DNA from: a virus
Strand: one strand, 5' to 3'
IMG/VR virus record: IMGVR_UViG_3300048606_000091
Length of the DNA: 27,771 nucleotides
Within the stretch, counting starts at the first letter, position 1, and every line of letters begins with the position of its first letter. A program made the position numbers and the translations under genes. Positions 16,660-22,779 of this stretch are shown here, piece by piece. The notes beneath the pieces are model-generated. The model ran no database searches. It was not told where the DNA came from and saw only the letters and a program-made list of their open reading frames with translations.

Positions 16660-16805
16660 GATATTGTGAACCTTCCAGTGAATCGGGGATTGGTTTTGCT
16701 GGATATGTATGGAGAACCCCAGAGCCTCTCGCGACGAGTCTCTGGGGTTCTCTGTGTTCGTCGTAGTAGTAATGTAGCACAGGTCAGCAAGGCAAGCAAG
16801 TAGTT

Positions 16806-17444
16806 CTACTCAGCAGGCTTGACATCCTTGGGCCCGAACATCAACCGAGCCCACGCCTCTGGGTCCATGCTCTCCTCGCGTGGCTTCTCCGGAACTGGTA
16901 CGTCCGTCCACGAGCTGACGATCTGGCACTCCGCGTCACCGATCTCCTTCACCAGCTCGTCCCAAGAGAATGCTCTATTACCTCGAAGTCCGGTAACATA
17001 CCAGGTGTCATCACTGGCCCGAAGTGCAACGTAGACGTACTCCGAAGGAGACGCGGCCTCGAAGACGACGTCCTCACCGAAGCCGACCTTCTGCTTCAAC
17101 CGAAGCTCGCCGGAGCCGACCTCGAAGCGCTTCGTCCAGCGCAGCACCGAACCTCGTGGTGGCTGCTTGCCCTGCCAGCGGCCCAGCAAGCTCTGCACGT
17201 CGGCGAACTTCACCAACGCAGCTCGCAAGTCCTCGGTCACGTTCTCCATCTCGGAACGTCCTCTCAATTCTACGATCTCGACGCTTGGGTTTTGGGTGGG
17301 ACGAGTTCTCATACGCCGACCCTGTGCTTGGGTAAAGCGAGCCAGACTACTGACATAGGCTTCTCCGCGAAGACGGCTCTCGATCAGTGCCGGCAGGTCA
17401 TCGTCATCAAACTCGTCGGGGATCATCCAATCTTCGATGTTCAT
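16806..17444 (-). CDS. Hypothetical protein
   Basis: 212 aa, AGGAGG SD. Confidence 0.8.
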   Translation of the reverse strand: MNIEDWMIPDEFDDDDLPALIESRLRGEAYVSSLARFTQAQGRRMRTRPTQNPSVEIVELRGRSEMENVTEDLRAALVKFADVQSLLGRWQGKQPPRGSVLRWTKRFEVGSGELRLKQKVGFGEDVVFEAASPSEYVYVALRASDDTWYVTGLRGNRAFSWDELVKEIGDAECQIVSSWTDVPVPEKPREESMDPEAWARLMFGPKDVKPAE

Positions 17445-17736
17445 GTCTACCTCCTACCCTCACAATAAAATAGTGAAGGGGACCGACCTCCACTCGTCGG
17501 TCCCCTTCACTTCCCTCACCCACACCATCGCCAGTTTGTCTCAGAGCCCTCCACAGAACGTTGGTCACCATGCCGTGATTACCAGCCATCCAAGCTGCTA
17601 ACTTGTGGGCTTCGTCATCCGGATTGGGATGCTCTGCGTTGACACTTACTACTACCCGGATCCACACTTTTTCGGTGACCCCGAGCTTCAGATAGTCATG
17701 GGAGCTGAGCGCCACGTCAAACGAGTAAACCAACAT
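17407..17736 (-). CDS. Hypothetical protein
   Basis: 109 aa from MLVYSF with a GGGAG SD; 3' end crosses a 16-bp hairpin (17472-17511). Confidence 0.6.
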   Translation of the reverse strand: MLVYSFDVALSSHDYLKLGVTEKVWIRVVVSVNAEHPNPDDEAHKLAAWMAGNHGMVTNVLWRALRQTGDGVGEGSEGDRRVEVGPLHYFIVRVGGRHEHRRLDDPRRV

Positions 17737-17762
17737 GACAGCTCCCTTCAAGTCAATGCAAA

Positions 17763-17788
17763 CGGGGGGTACCCAGAGGTACCCCCCG
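17763..17788 (-). terminator. Intrinsic terminator
   Basis: CGGGGGGTACC-TCTG-GGTACCCCCCG then TTT. Confidence 0.75.
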
Positions 17789-17808
17789 ATGTGGCTAGTG
17801 TCTTTAAC

Positions 17809-18099
17809 TCACACGTCCCGCGCGTCCAGTTCTAAGATCAGCTGCTGCCGCTCCAGGGAACTCAGCCGCGCGAGCATGCGCTTCAGCTCCTGCTTCTCAG
17901 AGACCTTCGGGTTCAACGAGTCGATCATCTGTCGGACGTTGAGCTCGGTGTCCGTACCCGGACGCACCGTGATGAACAGCCCGTTGTTGGGCAGGTCGGG
18001 GTCGTCCCCCACAATCTTGACCTTGCCGTCTGCCCACACCCATGCCTTCACTTGGAAGGACACGCTGGGGAACTTGGTCTTCGGATTGAACGTAGCCAC
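17809..18099 (-). CDS. Hypothetical protein
   Basis: 96 aa from a GTG with an AAGGAG SD. Confidence 0.75.
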   Translation of the reverse strand: MATFNPKTKFPSVSFQVKAWVWADGKVKIVGDDPDLPNNGLFITVRPGTDTELNVRQMIDSLNPKVSEKQELKRMLARLSSLERQQLILELDARDV

Positions 18100-18245
18100 T
18101 ATAGGCTCCTTCGTTGTAGTGCTGTGGTCCCGGAACCGCCGGGTCGGCCTTGCGTCTGTGGTACTACCCCTCGTCCTCGACTTCGAGCCCGGCAAGGTGC
18201 GAAGCGATGATCTCGACCTGCACCTCGCAGCAGCCCCGCTCCATG

Positions 18246-18392
18246 TCACTCGCCTCGCAGCGAACGACGGATGGCAGCCTGGCGGCCATCACGGCGGGTG
18301 GCCTCGCGGCGCACCTTACCCGAGGGGATGGGCTGGGCCGCGTTGCTGGCGCGGAGCCCCTGGATGGCCTGAACCTTCGTGGTGTTCGTCAT
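18246..18392 (-). CDS. 48-aa basic peptide (MTNT cassette)
   Basis: MTNTTKVQAIQGLRASNAAQPIPSGKVRREATRRDGRQAAIRRSLRGE; promoter TTGCTA-17-TAGTCT at 18399-18427. Confidence 0.75.
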   Translation of the reverse strand: MTNTTKVQAIQGLRASNAAQPIPSGKVRREATRRDGRQAAIRRSLRGE

Positions 18393-18430
18393 AGCTAAAG
18401 ACTAGCACAGGCCAGCAAGGATAGCAAGTC

Positions 18431-18496
18431 CTAGATGATGCGCATGACCAGGACAACCAGCAGCACAACCACGACGATGGTGATCAAGGTTCCCAT
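18431..18496 (-). CDS. 21-aa single-TM peptide
   Basis: MGTLITIVVVVLLVVLVMRII, 5 nt after GGGTATCCT. Confidence 0.45.
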   Translation of the reverse strand: MGTLITIVVVVLLVVLVMRII

Positions 18497-18534
18497 GATC
18501 AAGGATACCCGGAGCGACGACAGCTAACCCTGCG

Positions 18535-18613
18535 TGGTAGGGCGGGTGGGGATTGAACCCACGTGCACCGGCTACCCTTTCAACATGTTATAAGCATGAG
18601 GGGATACCGCCCC
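18535..18613 (-). tRNA. Atypical tRNA-like gene, anticodon UAU (Ile?), no conventional D arm
   Basis: Acceptor GGGGCGG/CCGCCCT-A-CCA, T arm GTGGG-TTCAATC-CCCAC, anticodon hairpin CATG-CTTATAA-CATG; only 8 nt between acceptor and anticodon stems. Confidence 0.7.
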
Positions 18614-18622
18614 GTGCTTGCG

Positions 18623-18697
18623 TAGACCGAGTGGGATTCGAACCCACAACCTCAGAGTTTTGAACCCTGCTCCTCTGCCAGATTGGGATACCGGTCC
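18623..18697 (-). tRNA. trnL: tRNA-Leu(CAA), short variable loop
   Basis: Anticodon arm CAGGG-TTCAAAA-CTCTG, T arm GTGGG-TTCGAAT-CCCAC. Confidence 0.9.
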
Positions 18698-18794
18698 AAG
18701 ACCACGCCGCCTCGGGGGTACGTCATGGCTTCGAATCTCACGCTCACACACGACGTCAGCGAATGTCACGGCCTCCGCTCGTGCCCCAAGCGCG

Positions 18795-18871
18795 TGGTAC
18801 CAGATGCAGGAATCGAACCTACCTGATCTTCTTCATCAGAGAAGCGTCCACGACCAGTGGACTTATCTGGC
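18795..18871 (-). tRNA. trnI: tRNA-Ile(GAU), CCA encoded
   Basis: Acceptor GCCAGAT/ATCTGGT-A-CCA, anticodon arm CTTCT-CTGATGA-AGAAG; unusual A8 and G37. Confidence 0.82.
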
Positions 18872-18907
18872 TTGAAGAGCTAGCCCCGCCGAGCTGGGCT
18901 AGCTCAG

Positions 18908-18990
18908 TACCGGTCACAGGAATCGAACCTGCACTCCCGAAGGAACGAGAACCTAAATCTCGCGCGTCTGCCTAGTTCCGCCACACCGGC
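18908..18990 (-). tRNA. trnL: tRNA-Leu(UAG)
   Basis: Anticodon arm CGAGA-TTTAGGT-TCTCG, variable arm TTCC-TTCG-GGAG, T loop TTCGATT. Confidence 0.93.
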
Positions 18991-19007
18991 ATGTTTAGTT
19001 GTAAGGA

Positions 19008-19060
19008 GGACAGCGGCTCAACGCGGAGTTTATGACGAACACCTTGCGGAGCCGCCGTCC
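19008..19060 (-). ncRNA. Candidate small antisense RNA complementary to the shared 5' tag of the MTNT genes
   Basis: GGACGGCGGCTC/GAGCCGCTGTCC 12-bp stem (G-U only on the minus strand) plus CGC/GCG, apical region GGTGTTCGTCATAAA = reverse complement of TATGACGAACACC; lies between two minus-strand tRNAs. Confidence 0.75.
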
Positions 19061-19062
19061 AG

Positions 19063-19136
19063 TCGGGATAAGAGGATTCGAACCTCTGGCCCCTCGCTCC
19101 CAAAGCGAGTGCTCTGCCAAGCTGAGCTACACCCCG
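19063..19136 (-). tRNA. trnP: tRNA-Pro(UGG)
   Basis: CGGGGTG/TATCCCG-A acceptor, anticodon arm CTCGC-TTTGGGA-GCGAG. Confidence 0.95.
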
Positions 19137-19157
19137 TTATTTAATTGCTGTGCCCCC

Positions 19158-19169
19158 GATGTTATACCC
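19158..19169 (-). promoter_or_regulatory. Putative second-class promoter -10 (GGGTATAACATC) for the right tRNA/sRNA cluster
   Basis: An identical 12-mer lies at 1260-1271 upstream of the left tRNA cluster; both sit in hairpins. Confidence 0.45.
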
Positions 19170-19193
19170 ACCGGGGGCCCGTCTGCAACGCGG

Positions 19194-19502
19194 TTACGCC
19201 TCCCGCGCCCGAGCCGGCTCGAATCCAAGATCTCCGAGCACCCGCCCGGAGGCGTGATAGGCGAGCGTCTCGATCAACTCCTTGGTCAGCGCGCCCAGCT
19301 CGTCCACCGGGAGCCGGAACAGTACGGTCGTCTCCCGTTCCTCTCGGGACCACTGCACGGCGCCACCCTTGGTGATCGGGTACTGGCTCACAACCCGGGT
19401 GATCTCGACCTCGTCGATGCGCGCATCCGAGGCGTTGGCCTCGCCCCGCCAGAAGTCTCGGACGCGGTAGAGGGTGGTTACATGTACCTGTGTGTTCGTC
19501 AT
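19194..19502 (-). CDS. Hypothetical protein (MTNT cassette)
   Basis: 102 aa from MTNTQVHV; promoter TTGACG-TGCTCGCCTTGCCAGGG-TATGAT at 19509-19537. Confidence 0.8.
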   Translation of the reverse strand: MTNTQVHVTTLYRVRDFWRGEANASDARIDEVEITRVVSQYPITKGGAVQWSREERETTVLFRLPVDELGALTKELIETLAYHASGRVLGDLGFEPARAREA

Positions 19503-19676
19503 GCAAGTATCATACCCTGGCAAGGCGAGCACGTCAAGCATCTGTCCAGCAGATCTTTTAGCGTTCCGATTTCCGGAACAAGATCATCCCATTTGCCCCA
19601 AAGGACATTCCTGTTTCTAAATTACACGCTTCGGCTTCAGGGTTTGCAAACCCTCAAGTAAATCCCAGGAGTCACT

Positions 19677-19922
19677 CTAGTTATCATCCGAGAAGCGGGA
19701 ATGACCATGGATCCGAGAGCCCATCCAGAACATCAAACAGACCGACGCGGCGACGTACATCCACCACGGGATCGCGTCCCAACCCGGGATCCACAGCGGC
19801 ACCAAGATCTTGGCGGCGAGCCCCAGGAGGGCACCGAAGAACAACTTCACGACACACTCGCGCACGTCATTCTCGAAACCGGTGCGGCGGCGGACCGCCT
19901 TCTTGTCCTCACTCAGGCTCAT
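19677..19922 (-). CDS. Membrane protein
   Basis: 81 aa, two TM segments; ATG 7 nt after GGGTATAAC. Confidence 0.7.
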   Translation of the reverse strand: MSLSEDKKAVRRRTGFENDVRECVVKLFFGALLGLAAKILVPLWIPGWDAIPWWMYVAASVCLMFWMGSRIHGHSRFSDDN

Positions 19923-20164
19923 AAGTCCAGTTATACCCTGACAAGTACAGAAAAGGAAAGCACAGTTTTAGAAAGGTATAACAAGTCAACCTTTTTCCAA
20001 AAGTGCCTTGATCAAAAGCGGGCCCCTGTGTGGGGGCGAATTCGCCTTTGGATTTGCTTGAGTGCATGTGTTCCCAGCTCAGAGGCTGTGTAGCAATCCA
20101 GCAAAAAATTTGGGGATGATCCAGATCCGTGTAGCAAGGTCCAGCAACAGCCTTTGCTTGAGTG

Positions 20165-20791
20165 CTACTTCTTACCGGACTTCGAAGATGAGGACCCGGA
20201 GGAGACCGAGCGGGATGCCGGAGCCTTGGGGATGGCGGCTGGTTTCGGGGCTGAGAAGCCCTGTGACGAACCGGCTGAGGGTTTGCGGCCGGGAGCAGCG
20301 GAATCCAGGCTGCGAGCCGCTACGGGCGAACCAGAGGCTCTTGCGTTGGGGGCTCCGAAGCCGCCACGAGTGATGGTCGAGGATCTCTGCTCAGCGGCGA
20401 GGGTGGGCACCCGGACAGAGGATGCGGGCGCTGAGCCCACAGGCAGGGAATACGGGGCACGACCACGGTCTATGTGCAGCGTGGAGACGCGAGCGGGGCG
20501 AGTGGGCACATAGACCGTACGATCCACCGGGTAGCCCACCAGCACCACGTCAACATCGGAATCATACGAGTGATACGGGCGATAATTCCAGAGAAACCCC
20601 TGGTTGGAGCCGCCATCACCGATAGGGCAGTAATCATCGGGCACCCGGATACCGCGACCGTCAACGCACACCGCTGAGGCATACAGATCATCGTCATATG
20701 CCGTGTTGGTGTACGAAGAGCCATTACCGCAGGCGGTGAGCGCTGTGATGGCGAGCAGGATGGTGGGGAGGGCTGCGAGGTATCGATTCAT
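20165..20791 (-). CDS. Lipoprotein with an RGGFG tail (DUF1190/YgiB-like)
   Basis: Lipobox LTAC, CVD..G.RVPDD.C, ITRGGFG followed by a Ser/Gly-rich tail. Confidence 0.78.
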   Translation of the reverse strand: MNRYLAALPTILLAITALTACGNGSSYTNTAYDDDLYASAVCVDGRGIRVPDDYCPIGDGGSNQGFLWNYRPYHSYDSDVDVVLVGYPVDRTVYVPTRPARVSTLHIDRGRAPYSLPVGSAPASSVRVPTLAAEQRSSTITRGGFGAPNARASGSPVAARSLDSAAPGRKPSAGSSQGFSAPKPAAIPKAPASRSVSSGSSSSKSGKK

Positions 20792-20929
20792 GGAGGAGTA
20801 CTACCCGTTGGTGTCATCATTCGCGTGTGAGGGATGAAGTCTTCAGGTTGGGCCAGGATGAAGCTGAGTGCGATGTTTTCCCACGTCGTGAGGGCTGTGA
20901 ACGGTATGGGTCGGGCAGTCGGATGGAGC

Positions 20930-22290
20930 GGGAAGACAGGGAACGGTCTGTCACGTGGGATCGAGAGGGACGGCAAGGATTGTCACCCGGGCTGGGGGCG
21001 TGGAGGCAGCGATCTGGGAAGTCGGGCCAGGAACGACTCGACAGTGCCATGTCACGGCGGATGAGCAGGGGGTGGGGCGCGGTGGATAGTCAAGTGGCTT
21101 GGGCAGCGAAGGGATGGGGCGGAGAAGTCGCCAAGATGGGCGGCGGGTGGGGATGGGAAGTCGCTTTGACCAGGGGCGGGGCGCGTCAGCTTGGGAAGTC
21201 GATTCGGGTCGCTTGGGGATGAGATGGGGTTGTCGGAAGGCATGGCGTGACGCGGATTGGAATGTCACCGAGGGGCGTGAAGGGATGGGTCGGGAAGTCG
21301 TCGGGGTTGAGGTGGGCGGATCTGGAAAGTCGGGGGACGCGGAGCGGGTTGCCCATGGGAAGTCGGGCGCGGTGAGACGGCGCGAGCTGACATGTCATGG
21401 GGGACGGTGGGATCTCGGGTAGGCATGGGCTGTCGGCTCGGATTGGCACGGCGGGGATGAGACCTAGTCGATTGGGTCGGGGGGATACGTCCAGCTTGGT
21501 CGTCCGGATCGGGCGGGCTGGCGGATGGCCGGGGGAGTCGCATAGCGATGGGTTGGCATGGGCGGGGATGTCACACGAGGGGGGTCGAGCAGGCACGGGC
21601 TGGTCTGTCGATTGGCGCGGAGAGCCAAGAGTGGGGAAGCGGAGTCGGCACGGGTTGTCACCCGGAGCGGGTCGACTGGGGGTGCGAGGGATTGTCGGAA
21701 CGATCTGGGACGGCATGAGTTGACCTAGGGCTGTCGCGGGGTCTGAGTCGGCATGACGGGGATTGTCGGGCGGGGGAGAAGCGGCCCGGATTGTCAGATG
21801 GCACGACATGGCTCGGAGCAGGTCGGGTTGTCGAGCAGGCGTGGAGGGAGACGGCAGGGGAGGTCACGCGGGATGGAATGGCGTGCGTTGCCGGGGGGAT
21901 GTCGGGTGGGAAGGCTAGGCACGAACCGGGGTAGCACCCGGGTTGGCTCAGTCGGACGGGCAGGGCGGGAGAGGCTTGCACAAGCGGGGGCGCGGGAAGT
22001 CGATCGGAAAAGGCTCGAAGAGGCCCGGAAAGTCGGATGGACGAGCAGGGGAACGGCGCGGCGAGAGTTGTCGATCGGGTAGCAGGTGAAGCGGCCGGGC
22101 TCGTGGGGCCTTGTCGAACTGGCGAGAGCAGACGAGCGATGCGCTGAGCCGGGCTGTCGGATGGGGCGGACGGCGGGGCAGAGGGGTAGTCACGAGAGCT
22201 GACGTGATGGGTGCAGAGCCGGCGGGGTATGTCGTCGGGATCGGACTGGCGAGAGCATCGATTGGGCGGGGAAAGGAACGTCGATCTGCG
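20930..22290. repeat. Degenerate ~33-37-nt periodic array (GG-n3-GTC core), apparently non-coding
   Basis: Recurring GGGAAGTCG/GGATTGTCG/GGGCTGTCG; G-rich plus strand; ORFs in all frames are low-complexity Pro/Arg/Gly-rich. Confidence 0.6.
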
Positions 22291-22320
22291 AGGCGTTTAG
22301 CGCTGCCCACCAGCAGGGAC

Positions 22321-22563
22321 TCAGTGCGCCCGGTACCCATCTCCGGCTGACTCAATACTACCCGCCAGCTCGGCTGCCTCGGTGTGCACATCTCGGATGA
22401 TCCAAGCTCCCGACCAGATGGACAGCAGCCCCGAGCAGGTCAGCAGCGACAGCCAGGCCATCATGCTCGTCACCCAGACGATGGAGCAGCAGAACGAGAT
22501 GACCGCCGCGACGATCAGCGCGGTGAACACCGGGGTGGTGAGCAACTTAGACAACGCCGACAT
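22321..22563 (-). CDS. Membrane protein
   Basis: 80 aa, two TM segments. Confidence 0.65.
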   Translation of the reverse strand: MSALSKLLTTPVFTALIVAAVISFCCSIVWVTSMMAWLSLLTCSGLLSIWSGAWIIRDVHTEAAELAGSIESAGDGYRAH

Positions 22564-22699
22564 ACCAGACCACCAGCCCCAGAATGGCGGCGGTGCCGGT
22601 GAACACGAAGACCTCGATCGCGCGATAGGTGTTGCCCAGCGCGTACTGGCGCAGCCCCACGGAGACGATCATCGCCCAGAGCAGCCCGACCAGGGTCAC
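22547..22699 (-). CDS. Small membrane protein
   Basis: 50 aa from a GTG (GTGA overlap), two hydrophobic segments. Confidence 0.55.
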   Translation of the reverse strand: MTLVGLLWAMIVSVGLRQYALGNTYRAIEVFVFTGTAAILGLVVWYVGVV

Positions 22700-22779
22700 A
22701 GCCCACCGTCCTGATGATGCAGCCAGATCAGCAGCCACAGCCCGAGCGCGAGCAGTGCGATCGGGAGCAGCCAGATCAT
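22696..22779 (-). CDS. 27-aa membrane peptide
   Basis: MIWLLPIALLALGLWLLIWLHHQDGGL; coupled by 4-nt overlaps at both ends. Confidence 0.55.
   Translation of the reverse strand: MIWLLPIALLALGLWLLIWLHHQDGGL

Larger units (their letters stand above)
7484..16799 (-). repeat. Tandem array of promoter-ATGACGAACAC-gene-terminator cassettes
   Basis: Promoters (-35 to -10, 17-nt spacer) at 7901-7929, 8166-8194, 8511-8539, 8904-8932, 9342-9370, 9765-9793, 10232-10260, 10674-10702, 11125-11153, 11586-11614, 12017-12045, 12406-12434, 13006-13034, 13493-13521, 14395-14423, 15538-15566, 16090-16118 and 16771-16799; consensus TTG(A/C)(C/T)n-TGCTCGCCTTGC-like spacer-TAnnnT-N6/7-ATGACGAACAC. Confidence 0.93.

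Noticed and set aside
7884-16799. CRISPR array or integron cassette array
   Set aside because: The repeats are promoter-like, non-palindromic and separated by 250-1100-bp genes; no cas or integrase gene and no attC-like structure in the window
19032-19661. Plus-strand 209-aa ORF starting MTNT
   Set aside because: Runs antisense through tRNA-Pro and a cassette gene, lacks the cassette promoter, and the nearest SD is 22 nt away; better explained as the reverse complement of the hairpin loop
20930-22290. CRISPR or repetitive protein gene
   Set aside because: No invariant repeat; the period is variable and not a fixed multiple of three; ORFs are low-complexity in every frame
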